Source: Octopus vulgaris (Eukaryota). Taken from it: a DNA stretch of 64,000 bases. The notes below the pieces were generated by a model. It saw nothing but the letters and a program-made list of their open reading frames with translations, searched no databases and was not told the DNA's origin. Each line of letters begins with the position of its first letter. The first letter of the stretch is position 1. A program made the position numbers and the translations under genes. The stretch covers positions 48,546,001 to 48,610,000 of the forward strand of contig OX597830.1 in assembly GCA_951406725.2 (NCBI GenBank). Reading direction: 5' to 3'. This document shows, in pieces, positions 1 to 14,305 of the stretch.

Positions 1-652
1 CCATAACTCACATTGTATTTAGATGTCCACGGTCAACTCAGAAGGAATTCTAAACTATTGGCATGATAAAATTGCTGCAATAGTAAACTGGAAGTTTGAT
101 TCTACACAAAAAAACCCATCTGTAACCATTTTATCGAAATAAAAACGACGGAGGAAAGTTGTTATGGAACTTTCCTACACAAACTGAAACAAGAATAGAG
201 TATAATCCGAACATTGTAGTCGCTGACAGCAAGAAGAAGCTGTATGTTTTAATTGATATGATATGCCCACTGGATACCAGAGTAAAGAGATAAAAAAAAT
301 AAATAATAAAATCGATATTAACTTAAAGTACCAAACCTCCAAGTACTAGAATAGAAAAGTTAACAAGGTCCTGAACGTATGAATTTTCGTTGTATCCTTG
401 AGAGCAGCGACAAAAAAATCTTAGGACAAACCTTGAAAATCTTTTTCTCAACTTGGGATTTGATGCTGTGTAGAAAACATGGCTATTAGGTTCGGCAGGA
501 GATACCTGGAATGTCATTTATATAATGTAAAAAAAACCAGCTATGTAGAGTGAAAAAAGAAGAGAATCAAAAGGTACAAAATGCTCCTCGTCCTTAACCA
601 CGAATTGTGATTCGAGAGCAAGCATAATCAAACCTTGAAACAGCAGAAAATA
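1..652 (+). mobile_element. Decayed 3' fragment of an R4/Dong-type (restriction-like endonuclease, RLE) non-LTR retrotransposon
   Basis: Broken frames read TITHIVFRCP...HDKIAAIVNWK...KLLWNF...NIVVADSKKK-YVLIDMICPLDTRVK, matching the zinc knuckle and RLE region; ends in an AAT/AAC-rich tail. Confidence 0.7.
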
Positions 653-795
653 ACAATACCACCATCAACAACCAAGTCAGAAACAGCAACACCAACAACA
701 ATGATAATGGTTTCAAATTTTAGATCAAGGCCAGCAATTTCGAGGGAAGGGGTTAAAACATTTATATTGACTCTAGTGCTGCTGAGTTAAGCGAG

Positions 796-2320
<1,525 letters not shown>

Positions 2321-2324
2321 ATTC

Positions 2325-2950
2325 TTTCTACTATAGGCACAAGGCCTGAAATTTTAGGGAAGGGGTTAAGTCGATTACATCGACTCAGTAATTAATTGGT
2401 ACTTATTTCATCGAGCCTGAAAGGATGAAAGGCAAAGTCGATCACGAAGGAATTTGAACTCAGAACGCAACCACGGGCGAAATACCTATTTCTTTATTAC
2501 CCACAAGGGGCTAAACACAGAGAGGACAAACAAGGACAGACAAACGGATTAAGTCGATTATATCGACCCCAGTGCGTAACTGGTACTTATTTAATCGACC
2601 CTGAAAGGATGAAAGGCAAAGTCGACCTCGGCGGAATTTGAACTCAGAATGTAGCGGCAGTCGAAATATGGCTACGCATTTCGTCCGGCGTGCTAACGTT
2701 TCTGCCAGCTCACCGCCTTGATAATAATAATAATGGTTTCAAATTTTGTCACAAGGGCAGCAATTTTGGGGGAGGGGATGAGTCGATTACATCGACCGAA
2801 GTGTTCAACTGGTATTTATTTTATTGACCCCGAAAGGATGAAAGGCAAAGTCAGCCTCGACGGAATTTGAACTCAGAACACGAAGACTGGCGGAATGTTA
2901 CTAAGTATTTTTGTCCAACGTGCTAACAATTTTAGCAACTTATCGCCTTA
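2325..2950 (-). mobile_element. Cluster of three tRNA-derived SINE copies (family A)
   Basis: Reverse complement of GGCGGCGAGCTGGCAGAAACGTTAGC...GAGTTCAAATTCC (A/B boxes) plus GCCTTTCATCCTTTCGGGGTCGATAAA body; full copy at 2483-2718. Confidence 0.85.
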
Positions 2951-2979
2951 AACATGTACCCGATTGAATAAAAGAGTAC

Positions 2980-3018
<39 letters not shown>

Positions 3019-3045
3019 TGTGTGTGCATTAATGTTTGCTATTAA

Positions 3046-3663
3046 CCTTTCGTGGGTCGGCGGGGTCCATTGGGACCTTTGCAGATTTTAAAAGTTATGC
3101 AACTTTTACATCTTTTTATTTAAATGATTTTATATCTCATGACTCTTATTGTCAATAGTGTATGTATGCGCATGCAAATTTTGAGTTAAAAAATTTCCAA
3201 TGATATGGATTTTATAGCATAAAATATGATCATTGAGGTCCAACTGGACCCCATTGACCTTCTGTGGAATTTTTTTTTCTGTTCCTTTTTCAGATATTCT
3301 GATAAACTATAAGTCAATTTTCTTTGTAGTAGTACTGGTATGAATCGATATACTAAATAATTTTGCTTTATTTTATAATTAATGCTATATGTATAGTTTA
3401 TAAAACTATAAAAAATGTTGATTTCTTTCAATAAAAGTTTTTCAGTCAATAAATTATATTTTGATTCCTCTCCATTAAACGCTAAACAAATATATTTCTA
3501 TAAAGTGCTAAATTCCTTGTTCTGCATCATGCACTTATACATATGTACAAGATTAAACAAATATTATTTAATGGATAGTGCGGAAATGTGCTAAAATAAA
3601 AGGGGGTCCCTCGAGACCCCAATGGACTTTTCTGTAATTCCAACCCCGTCGGCCATCGAAGGG
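3046..3663. mobile_element. piggyBac-like non-autonomous element (MITE)
   Basis: TTAA at 3042-3045 and 3664-3667; imperfect TIR CCTTTCGTGGGTCGGCGGGG / CCCCGTCGGCCATCGAAGGG; internal GGGGTCC..GGACCCC motifs. Confidence 0.75.
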
Positions 3664-3667
3664 TTAA

Positions 3668-3880
3668 GTCTTTCTACTATAAGCACAAGGCCTAAAATTT
3701 TTGTGAGAAGGGGCTAGTTGAGGTTGATTACATCGACTCTAGTGCTTCACTGGTACTTATTTTATAGACCTCAAAAGGAGGAAAAGCAAAGTCAAATATG
3801 GTTGAATTTGAACTCGGAAAGTTAAAGCGTACCAGTTACCGCCGCACATTTTGCCCGGTGTGCTGACGATTCTGCCAACT
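3668..3880 (-). mobile_element. Degenerate SINE, family A
   Basis: Similar to the 2325-2950 copies. Confidence 0.7.
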
Positions 3881-3896
3881 CAAAAAAAAAAAAAAA

Positions 3897-4270
3897 AGCT
3901 GTATGGTCACCTTGAAAGAAAGGGACGGCTCGCAGATGAACAGAAGGGCTGCAGGATCGTGAAGGGAAGGATCACTAGGAGCAAAAGACCAGTCGTTAAT
4001 GGAGACGGCAAATGTGTGGAACGGCGGGAGAAGGCTGACAAGCTAACCAATGGCTTGGATTGGCTATAAGTAGGCACATGATATGGTTCTTCACTCGTGG
4101 ATTCTAAGATGCCTGGAGAAGGTCGGGATAGGTAAAACTATGATATATTTAATAAGGAGCAGTATGAGGAAGAGGAAGACAATTTGCACAGCAGGTGGGA
4201 GGAAAACTGAACAAGTCAACAACAGGAGGGGAATCTTTCAGGAGGTTCCGAGTCATCCCAACTGTTAGCA
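3897..4270 (+). mobile_element. R4/Dong-type RT fragment
   Basis: EQKGCR...MAWIGYK*AHDMVLHSWIL...VNNRRGIFQ, compared with the typical AWIDYKKAYDMVPHSWI...RRGIFQGD. Confidence 0.8.
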
Positions 4271-4603
4271 TATTCTCGCTAATTTACTTGATATCATCGA
4301 TTCATGCTATTGACTGGCATTTTATTTTATCGACCCTGGAAGAATGAAAAGTGAATCTAACCTCAGTTTTTTTGGGGGGGTTTTGTGTTAATTCATTAAT
4401 TCTCAGCGAAATTACATGAATCCACGGAATCAGTGTTCACGTTTATCTTATGTATTGGTAAACAGATAGAAATCTATTCTTCCTCTATCGCCTCGGATTG
4501 AACACAACACTGCAAGCTAACGAATCCCTCGTCAATTCTAGAGCTTTGCTCCCCTTGCAATGACAAATTACATTTCAGCTGTATCGGTAAAAACCCAGGT
4601 TAA

Positions 4604-4833
4604 GGCGGCGAGCTGGCAGAAACGTTAGCACGCCGGGCGAAATGCGTCGCCGTATTCCGTCTGACGTTATGTTCTGAGTTCAAATTTCGCCGAGGTCGAC
4701 TTTGCCTTTCATCCTTTTGGGTCGATGAATTAAGTACCAGTTACGCGCTGTGGTCGATGTAATCGACTTAATACCGATGTCTGTCCTTGTTTGTCCCCTC
4801 TATGTTTAGCCTCTTGTGGGTAATAAAGAAATA
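4604..4833 (+). mobile_element. Full-length SINE, family A
   Basis: A/B boxes, body and ...GTGGGTAATAAAGAAATAG tail; probable 18-bp TSD at 4586-4603 / 4834-4851 (15/18 match). Confidence 0.9.
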
Positions 4834-5289
4834 GGTATAGACCCAGGTGAAATCGTGGATCACTGAGAGTTAAGTTTATTAGCAATGGGTACATGAAACA
4901 TTTATGAAAGACTACTACGACCTCTTAGTTGCCAATATCCATTCGACTATGTTCCCAACTGTACAGATCTCATTAGTAAATGAAACTAAATATTTAATAT
5001 TTCGCTATTAACGAAAAACCTGTCTGACACAACACTTGATTTTAATTAATCGATTATTGTTTAGGGGAAGGTGTGGTATCAATAATTTATTTTAGGTCGT
5101 TCTGCTGAGAGGATTCGCCATAAATGGGTGAGATATTAGATTGAATAGACGAAAATAGGACTAAAATTGTGCTAAATATGTATTAAATATGTAAGCGTTT
5201 ATAATGGTGGATCACCTAATTAAGATCAAAATATGTCAACGTCATGCATTCAAAACTTCTGACGTAAAACACAACTGTTATGACTTATC

Positions 5290-5500
5290 TTTTATCTTAT
5301 ATCTGCTTCGGTCATTAGACTGCGACTATGCTGGGGTATCGCCCTGAAGAACTTTTACTCGAATGAATCGAACCCTGGAGTTATTTTTTTAAGCTTGGTA
5401 TTTATTCGCTCGAAATCTTTTTGCCAAACAGCTAAGTTATGGGGGCGTAAACAAACTAACACTGACTGTCAGGCGTGGCGGAGGACAAACACAGACACAA
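5290..5500 (-). mobile_element. 3' part of SINE, family B
   Basis: Matches the tail of 6992-7427. Confidence 0.7.
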
Positions 5501-5501
5501 A

Positions 5502-5547
<46 letters not shown>

Positions 5548-5639
5548 AACACACACAAATACATATATATAGAGAGAGATATAGAAAGAGAGAGAGACCG
5601 AGTGTACGTACACCGCTACATGTATATAAAAAAGAATAC

Positions 5640-6375
5640 AAAAAATGGGACAAGAACGCGAAACATTCAGACAGATGATTGAGCTAGATGTTACAAAAAA
5701 GGGACAACAAAACATCCAGACAGATGATACTAAAGCGGGACAAGAAAAAACACGGACGGGTCATTCGAAGTTTTCTTTCTTCAGACGATTTTCAGATTAT
5801 CGTTGCAATTTCGGCTGGTTATACTCGAGATTGCTCCAATCTGGCCAGCCCCAAGGAAAAACTAAGCTAAGAGCATTAGATTCCTTGGACGAGAGCAGCG
5901 AATACATACGAAAACAAGGACAGAATAAAAAGGGAGAAATGTTACACAAATACAAATGCAAATAACAGGACATAACAACAGGTGTCTTTCGACTAAGGAC
6001 GAAATAGATTAAGCCGGCGTGTGTGGAAATGAAGCCTTACGGCAGGGACATAAGAGATTACAGGTATGGGAAGGAATATAGATGTTGCACGGATGGTAGT
6101 CGAACCAGGAAAGAAAAGTCAGGCTTGGTGGAACACCGGTCACGTGGAGGGAGAGAAGAGAGATAAAGGCAGAGGGACAGAAGAATTAGGGAGGGAGGAG
6201 AAAAAAGGGACAGAGTGAAGTGAAAGAGGAGGGAAGGTGAAGAGGAGGGAATGAAAAGAAAGCTAGGACATGTGAGAGAGGCGGAACGAAAGAAAGAAGA
6301 GTGGAAAGAACGAAGTAATTGTGAAGGGGCTGATAGAAAGAAAGAATGGAAGAATAAGAGAGTCGTACAAAGTCT

Positions 6376-6376
<1 letters not shown>
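5640..6376 (-). mobile_element. Unclassified non-coding element with purine-rich half, possibly Penelope-derived
   Basis: Shares the GTCACGTGG plus (GA)-rich architecture with 26500-27760; bounded by TA-rich tracts. Confidence 0.4.
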
Positions 6377-6436
<60 letters not shown>

Positions 6437-6497
6437 ATATTATTATTATTATTATTAAAGTGGCTAGTCGCAATTTAAAACAAAAAGGTACAAGTAC

Positions 6498-6698
6498 AAT
6501 CGCCACTAAAGGGACTAAGGGTGCACATCAGCACCAGCATTGCTAGAAATAAGAGTCAAAACAACTCTTAGCCACGTGCAAAACACTATCTATTGACTGA
6601 CGAGGAGACAACCTCCCTACAGTGACTAAGAATTGTTTTGACTCTTATTTCTAGCAATGTTGGTGCCTATTTGCACCCTCAGTCACTTTAGTGACGAT
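6498..6698. repeat. Long imperfect inverted repeat (about 77-bp arms) with a truncated hammerhead core in the loop
   Basis: Arms 6498-6574 and 6622-6698; loop contains CTGACGA-GGAG-acaac-CTCC. Confidence 0.85.
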
Positions 6699-6991
6699 TA
6701 TATTTATATAAGGGACAGATATGCATTTGGATACGTCTATGATTCAATTATATCTATCGATTGATCGATCGACTGAAAATATAGGGAACCGTCCCATCCC
6801 CCGAATATCTTCCTCTGAGCTAACGTAAATAGGCTGCCAAAGAAAAAGAAGAAAAAAAGACACGATGGAATTTGGTCAGTGTGGTGCTTATACAGAACTG
6901 TGTCGCCTGTTTCTAGCTATCAACCTTAAGAGTTTGCTCTTTTTGCCATGGGTGAATAGTATTGACATTCAGTAAAGAAATTTGATATCAT

Positions 6992-7199
6992 AGGGGTAGG
7001 AGTGGCTGTGTGGTAAGTAGCTTGTTTATCAACCACTTGGTTCCGGGTTAAGTCCCACTGCGTGGCACCTTGGGCAAGTGTCTTCTACTATAGCCTCGGG
7101 TCAACCAAAGCCTTGTGAGTGGATTTGGTAGACGGAAACTGAAAGAAGCTTGTCGTATACATGTATATATATATGTGTGTGTGTGTATGTCTGTGTGTA

Positions 7200-7235
<36 letters not shown>

Positions 7236-7427
7236 TCCCCCCAACATCGCTTGATAACCGATGCTGGTGTATTTACGTCCCCGTAACTTAGTGGTTCGGA
7301 AAAAGGGACCGATAGAATAAGTATGAGGCTTACAAAGAATAAGTCCTGGAGTCGACTTGCTCGACTAAAGGCGGTGCTCCAGCATGGCCACAGTCACATG
7401 ACTGAAACAAGTAAAAGAGTAAAAGAG
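6992..7427 (+). mobile_element. Full-length SINE, family B (tRNA head, CORE-like segment, internal TA/TG repeat)
   Basis: GTGGCTGTGTGGTAAG (A box), GGTTAAGTCCC (B box), ACCTTGGGCAAGT CORE-like motif, (GTAAAAGA)2 tail. Confidence 0.9.
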
Positions 7428-8359
7428 ATCCCAGAACTTATCGATGGTCACTGGCGGGCTTTTGGCGTTTACTACCACATTTGTTTTGAAACCCAGGTGG
7501 GAGTGGGGAGTATTTACAAATATACAAACTAAAGGCAAGCGTGGTATTGCTAATTATTTTAAACCTGAAGCATCAACTAATTAATTACAAGGTATTGCAA
7601 TCAGAGATTATAAATAAATAATTGATAACAATTAAAGTAACAGTGACACTAAGACCACATGTAATCCTAAATTATAGGACAGGTTATCATTAGTACAGCT
7701 GCAATAGGTGTCTAAGATACGACTCTTAGAGTAAATTATACAAGTGTTAGATGAAGAAAATAAACTCTAAACAAGATCAAATAAAACAAAAGGAAAACAA
7801 AAGCAACAAAAACGAAAGTAAACATGAACAGGAAAATAAAAATACGGAAGAATAGAAGAATGGATATATGAAAAATTAGAAATAAAAAATACAAAGGATA
7901 TCTTATTATCAAATAAACTGAGAGAAGAGACAAGGAGAGGAAATCTATGATTAAAGCATTTAAAAAAAAATTGACAATTACCATTAAATTTAAATATGCA
8001 TTATCTCTATGCTATTGAACTAGGAAAGTGTGCGGATGTAACCATATCCACTTGTTTACATGACTGATTATCGAGGGACTAATCTAAAGGTTTTGTTGTA
8101 AAATTCTTTACATTTTCCCGCTAGTTCTTGCCTCTTATTCAGGATGTTATACTCCGAGGTAATAGGTATTAACGATGGCTCTTCTAAGCAAAGATCACAC
8201 CTAGTTTTCTGTACTTCGTAAGGAAGTGCACTGCTCAATATTGATAATTTAATATTGTACTTTGGTTTGTAGTTTTGTTATTATTAAGCTCCCAAATGAG
8301 CTTGCTTAATGAGGTGTATATATACATACATACACACATACATACACACATACATACAC

Positions 8360-8392
<33 letters not shown>

Positions 8393-8434
8393 CATACATA
8401 CATACATACATATATATATATATATATGTATATG

Positions 8435-8865
8435 TATCATTACTCATGTGGATTCCCAAGTCATGCACCGATTCCGAGATTGCAATATCCACTGACCCTG
8501 TGTATTCTAATTGCAGTCTGTTTGTAGGTGGATGAGAGAGCGCTTGACATTTTCCAGCATTGAACTGCATGTTTGTTTTCTTCAGCCTTCTAGAATTCCT
8601 TTAGGTCTTTCTGTAGCTTTTGTGGTATCGTCAGGGTCCTTGTTTGCCTATAACATTTTCGTACTGTCAGAGTAACTGTTGAAAGTGGCTAACCGTATGA
8701 CAGTGGGCATGCATGAGAGAGCAACAGCAAGCATTAGTGGTCTTAGTATAGTTCCTTGAGGGACTCCACTATGAACTGATGCCTCCTGGGTGGGGCACCG
8801 TTAGCATGCAACTACCTGACTCATATCTTTTTTTTTTAAAAAAGTCATACAGTCGTTCCTTTTTA
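8435..8865 (-). mobile_element. CR1/L2-type LINE RT fragment
   Basis: SGVPQGTILRPL...SYSDSTK...MQFNAGKC...VHDLGIHM on the minus strand. Confidence 0.75.
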
Positions 8866-9109
8866 TATAAATTGTTAAGCTGCTGTTTCAGTAACCAATC
8901 ATAACTATGTGAAACCGTTCCTTCCTGAATGGCAGTCATGCTGCATGTCAGTGAGCAAACTCTTTCCTTCTAGGAACGTAATCGGATTCCTTCTGACAGT
9001 ATTCCATTACTTTATGTATGGAATCAAAAATCTTGCGGTGTGACCTCACTATGACAGACACGAAATATAGAATAACAAGCTTATGACATTCTTCCCTTCA
9101 ACAAATTAT

Positions 9110-10000
9110 AATGTAACTGTGACAAACACTTCCTTCCTACACCTTGGAATGTGTAATCTCTTTCTGAAAGACATTTCGCTACAAACTCTTGCAGTGGGTA
9201 AACTTCTCTATAACACACTCTTCCTTACATCTTAGTAGTTTGTATAAACTCTCTATAACAGATTATGCCCTATATTTTAGTCCGTATAACTTCTCTATAA
9301 CGCAACCTTCCTCACATCTTACTTAGTACAACCTCTTTATAATGTACTCTACCCCACTTCCTATTATGTTTAGCTCTCTATAACAGACTCTTTCCTACAT
9401 TTTAGTCTGCATAACTTCTCTATAACGGACTTCTCCTTACGTCATATGCATAACCCTTCTATTACGGATTCTACACACACCTTATTATGTATAACCTCTC
9501 AAAAAATCATTTCCCTTTAGCTTGAAATGAATGACTTATCTATCACAAAATCGCTGACAACGTCCTGTAACTATTTTCAATGTGAATGTTATCTTAGGTG
9601 GCGAGTCAGCAGAATCTTTAGCACGCCGGCAAAATGCTTAGTGGCATTTCGCCCATCTTTACATTCTAAGTTTAAATGCCACCGGAGTCGACTTTGTCTT
9701 TCATTCTTTCGGAAGCGATAAAAGTATCAGTCGAGCATTGGAATGGATTACATCGATGTAGCCCGTAATTGTTGGTCTGTGCCAAAATTTGAAATCAGTG
9801 TGTATGTTATCTAAGAGAAGCATATCCCTACATAATATGGAATGTGAAAAGTTGTCTGTCACAAACTTTTGAAATGTGTAAACTTTACTACAAACACTCT
9901 TCCGCAAGAAATTGGAATGTACACCCTCCGCTAAACAAACCATCCCTACATAATCTTAGAATATATATCCTCTCCACGACAGATACTTCCCTACAAACCT
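9110..10000. repeat. Degenerate minisatellite (about 40-43-bp unit) interrupted by a SINE
   Basis: Recurrent ATAAC(C/T)TCTCTATAACA..CTTCCT(T)ACAT(C/T)TTA units at 9110-9500, resuming at about 9815-10000. Confidence 0.65.
9597..9800 (+). mobile_element. Degenerate SINE, family A
   Basis: GGTGGCGAGTCAGCAGAATC...TTTCATTCTTTCGG. Confidence 0.75.
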
Positions 10001-10589
10001 CTTTAGAGGAGACACCTTGATCATAATTGATTTTTTTAGCTGAATTGGGTATTTCTTTTTATGACATTTTCAACATTGCTATTTTGTGTGTATGTGTGTG
10101 TGTGTGTGTGTGTGCTCTCCCTTTCAATATTGTGTTATTATATCCTAATTCACTATAATTTTTCCATAAAAGTACAAGCATTCCCACCTAACGAGAAACA
10201 GTCTGAAAATTTCCGTTATAGGTCTCTCTTCAAATAAATTCGTGAAAGTTATGTTCTAAGGGATCTGTTCTGAAACATGCAATATTTCTGATGTCTATAA
10301 ATAATTCACCTGTCAAAGCAATTAGATCATTGACCTATTTACTGACGGTGCCACTTTAGTCTTACTTCTCAGAATTTCAGTCTTGGACCTATTAGCAGAC
10401 CTATTCAGTGATCTAACTCGGTTCATACTATAGGAAAACAACTGGTTTCTTATATCTAATGTTCCCCAAACCAACCTAGTACTTTTCCACCACTTTCTAA
10501 AATTCTTGACTTCTTTCTATTTCGATCGAGTGGATTACTTTGAAGGAGTTTCCTTCGGGTGGGAATTTAAGACACCTGATTTTGAGATT

Positions 10590-10942
10590 CTTTTCTTCTT
10601 TTATTCTTGTACTTGTTTCAGTTATTTGACTGCAGCCATGCTGGAGCATCCCCTTTAGTCGAACAAATCAACCCCAGGACTTGTTTTTTTGTAAACTTAG
10701 TGCTTAGTACTTGTTCTACCGGTCTCTTTTGCCGAACCGCTAGGTTACGGGGACGTAAACACACCAACATCGGTTGTCAAGCGATGGTGGTAGGGGACAA
10801 GCATAGACACGCAAGTATATCCACTCACAAGGCTTTGGTCAGCCCGAGCCTATAGCAGAAGACACTTGCCACACAGTGAGACTGAACCCGGAACCATGTG
10901 GTTAGTAAGCAAACTTCTTACCACACAGCCACGCCTGCGCCT
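10590..10942 (-). mobile_element. SINE, family B (internal deletion)
   Basis: Reverse complement of 6992-7427. Confidence 0.85.
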
Positions 10943-11340
10943 ATTATAGCCTATTATAGCCTATTATGAAAAATTTTTAGAAACGTGAGTTTGTTCTACC
11001 ATTCAAAAGTGTTTCTAACATCTGGAATTCTTCCAGCGTTAGATCCACGACCTACATTTCTTGCGGTAGAGACTATGTAGTACGTTGGTATAACAGGAGA
11101 GATACTCTATCAACATGCGCAATTAGAATGATCAAGGCTAATTAAAAAGTTATAGTCACTTTTTCATTACTTTTGGGACCACCTTCGTGTATGTATATGC
11201 AAGTATGTGTGCTGTATATATGTACATATATATCTATATATGCATATACAGGGAGAGTTTACGAAAAAAACAAAAGACGAAGACAGGTGGTGTACAAAAC
11301 AAACAGATGTATTAGTATAACGCTCAGGAATAGAAAAAGT

Positions 11341-11376
11341 CTTTTGCGTTTCGAGCCTACGCTCTTCTACAGAAAG
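11341..11376 (-). ncRNA. Degenerate minimal hammerhead ribozyme motif in a short element (11248-11480)
   Basis: CTTT-CTGTAGA-A-GAGC-gtag-GCTC-GAAA-CG-CA-AAAG; A6U and U16.1C changes suggest it is inactive. Confidence 0.55.
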
Positions 11377-12232
11377 GGACACAGAAAAAACAAGGAGAGA
11401 AACAAGGAGAGAAAAAAAGAAGAGAAAAAATAGAGAGAGAAAACGGAGAGAAAAAATGTGTGTAGTGGCAAACGATCTATCATATATATACATGTATGTG
11501 TGTGTGTGTGTGTGCGTGCGTGTGTGTAAGTATATGTGTATTTGTGAGTGTTTTTCTTTGAGTTTTATTTAAGCTCTTTTTATGAGAGTTTAAGCCGGTC
11601 GCTAACAAAGCGACGTTTTGAGTTAAGAGAGTCCCTGGCACTTGTAAATATGTGGTTTGAGGTGGTGTATTGGTTGAATTGTCGATGCTGATACCCATCA
11701 TCAAAATAATGCATCTCGCATGAAGAATTCGGGGTTGTCTTATAAATCTGCACCATGCTGCTAACAGATTGGATTTGGAGAATGCATATCAGTCTCTTCT
11801 GTTCTTTCTTCTGACGGATCCATTGCTGGCTTATTTGGGAAGATTTTAGCAGACTGCAAACTCGAATGTCTAATCCAGTTGATGATGTGCTCTTTTTGCC
11901 ATTTCAACAGCTCTATTATCGATTTAATGAGGCAAGCCTGGCCCTTTTCTACCATTATAACCATGGAATGTTTTCAAAGGAGTTTCATTTACTGGTCCCG
12001 TCAGTCTGGGGATTTTCCTTTAAAACTTGGTTAGCCAAATTTAATGAATCGGATCCGCATTTTCTGCATTTCTCGTAAACATGTTTTAAGTTCCATTTAC
12101 AAAACATTTTCTCCAGAGAATTGCAGAATAAATTCTCTCCCTGTAGTTTTCTTGCGGTATATGAACTTGATCTCATGAATAACAAGTGCAATGCCTAATG
12201 TTGACCATTTCCTTCATTATAATGTTTTAAAA

Positions 12233-12425
12233 AGGCGGTGAGCTGGCAAAATACTTAGCAGTATTTTGTCTGTCTTTATGTTCGGAGTTCAAATTCCGCC
12301 GAGGTCGACTTTACCTCTCATTCTTTCAGGGTCGATAAATAAGTACTAGTTGAGCACCGGAGTCGACGTAACCGACTTAGTCCCACTCCTAAAATTGCTG
12401 GCCTTGTGTCAAAATTTGAAACCAA
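12233..12425 (+). mobile_element. SINE, family A
   Basis: GGCGGTGAGCTGGCA...GAGTTCAAATTCCGCCGAGGTCGAC. Confidence 0.8.
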
Positions 12426-12464
12426 TTTTTCAAAAGTTCTTTAATTCCCGTCTCCTTTTAACGG

Positions 12465-12773
12465 TAAACGTCGCCCTTCTCAAGCCTAGCCAGGCTCATG
12501 GGCTCGGTTTCCCAGTTTCTGTGGCATATGTGTTCCCCCCAGCTGGACTGGACGCCAGTCCATCGCAGCGCTACTCAAGAAACAGGAAGAGAGAGTGAGA
12601 GAAAGTTGTGGCGAAAGAGTACAACAGGGACCGCCACCACCCCCTGCCGGAGCCTCGTGGAGCTTTTCGGTGTTTTTGCTCAATAAACAGACATAACGCC
12701 CGGTCTGGGAATCGAAACCGCGATCCTCCGACTGCGAGTCCCCTGCCCTAACCATTGGGCCATTGCACCTTCA
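12465..12773 (-). mobile_element. tRNA-derived SINE with family C head and family D tail
   Basis: Head matches 29870-30063; tail matches 17584-17680; TSD-like CCG(T/C)CTCCTTTTA at both ends. Confidence 0.85.
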
Positions 12774-13617
12774 CACCGCCTCCTTTTACCTCATAGTAAC
12801 TCCTTTAGTGTCTTCCCATTAACTGTATTTTATGGCCATCTCTTCTATAAATGCCATATCGCATTTTATTTAAATCTTCTATCAATAATTTTATTGCCCT
12901 CTTTTTATTTATATAACTATCTATTTATAGAGATGGTTTTGTGACATTATCACCATTTCTGCTATTTTCTTAACCAAAAAGTACCCTATAGGACTGACTA
13001 GGGGTAAAAGTATTGCATGTTGATTGAGGATAAAAATAGAATTGATTACAGAATAAATAAATCAAATTCAGATTTACTTACATTAAAATTTATGCTTTAC
13101 TGATCAAGTCTTAACGAAGCCGAAACATATCCTGAGTTGTCTTTCGTGTTTACCAAAATAATTAGAACTACATTAGTCATTGACTAAAATTGTTTTCTTT
13201 TTTCTTTCTCTTTTTTTTTTCCTTGATACATAATTTCTGGTTGGCATTTTGATGTTACCCCGCAATAACTCGAACTCAACTCATTTTCTTCGTGCATGTG
13301 GTGCCTTTCTTTTACTTATTCCCGAAACTTATCTTTGAATCTAGGCCAATCAAACTTCAATCTGACCGATAAATCAACCTGGTTTCTCAAGACATAAATT
13401 TTATGTTTAAATCTTCCTACTGTTCGTTCTGTTCTTCAAATGTTATCTAAAGTAAGGGTTCGTATGTAGAGAAAAGTTTTAAAGTTAAGTTCGTTGCCAA
13501 AAAGGTGGTAATCGAGTAGTTAGAAAGATGGAGCAACGAGATAGAATTAGCTTCGTATAGAGAACATAATCTGTTTTGTAATTCATTTCAATTTGCTTCT
13601 TAGATGGTTAAATATTG

Positions 13618-13925
13618 CTTTCAAATTTTGGCACAAGGTAAACAATTTCGGAGGAAGGAGATAAGTCGATTACATCGACCTCAGCACTCAACTGGTACTT
13701 ATTTTATCGACCCTGAAAGAAGGGAAAGCAAAGTTGACCTCAGCGGAGTCTGAAATCAGAACGTAAAGACGGATGAAATGCCGCTAAACAATTACCCCAG
13801 CGCGGTAACGAATCAGCCAGCTTGCTACCTTAGAAACGAAGCTGATCTCGGTTGGATTTGAACTCGAATCGCAGGCCACAAAGCATTCTCACCGACGATG
13901 TAACGATTTTCTTAAAACGTTACCT
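13618..13925 (-). mobile_element. Degenerate SINE(s), family A
   Basis: GTCGATTACATCGAC...AACTGGTACTTATTTTATCGACC. Confidence 0.75.
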
Positions 13926-14075
13926 TAAGATGGGTAAATACTAATTAATCAGTTTGATCAAAGATTAGCTTCGATCAGGGTTTAGGATTAACTAAAGCGT
14001 ATAATACCATAATTGAAACTAAGTATGCTGTAATGTCGGGTGGTGATTGTGTGTAGAATATGTGTTAAGTGGGTT

Positions 14076-14305
14076 GCGGCGAGCTGGCAGAAACGTTAGC
14101 ACGCCGGGCGAAATGCTTAGCAGTATTTCGTCTGCCGCTACGTTCTGAGTTCAAATTCCGCCGAGGTCGACTTAGCCTGTCATCCTTTCGAGGTCGATTA
14201 AATAAGTACCAGTTACGCACTGGGGTCGATATAATCGACTTAATCCATTTGTCTGTCCTTGTTTGTCCCCTCTGTGTTTAGCCCCTTGTGGGTAGTAAAG
14301 AAATA
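14076..14305 (+). mobile_element. Full-length SINE, family A
   Basis: Near-identical to 4604-4833. Confidence 0.9.

Larger units (their letters stand above)
10050..13600 (-). mobile_element. Highly decayed Penelope-like element, fragmented by later insertions
   Basis: Minus-strand remnants QFYFYPQS (about 13030; cf. FYPSI), YGIYREDG (about 12850; cf. YRDDG) and FSYSMN (about 10430); no continuous ORF. Confidence 0.35.

Noticed and set aside
9110-9500. CRISPR-like periodicity
   Set aside because: Whole units are degenerate repeats without unique spacers; eukaryotic context and no cas genes
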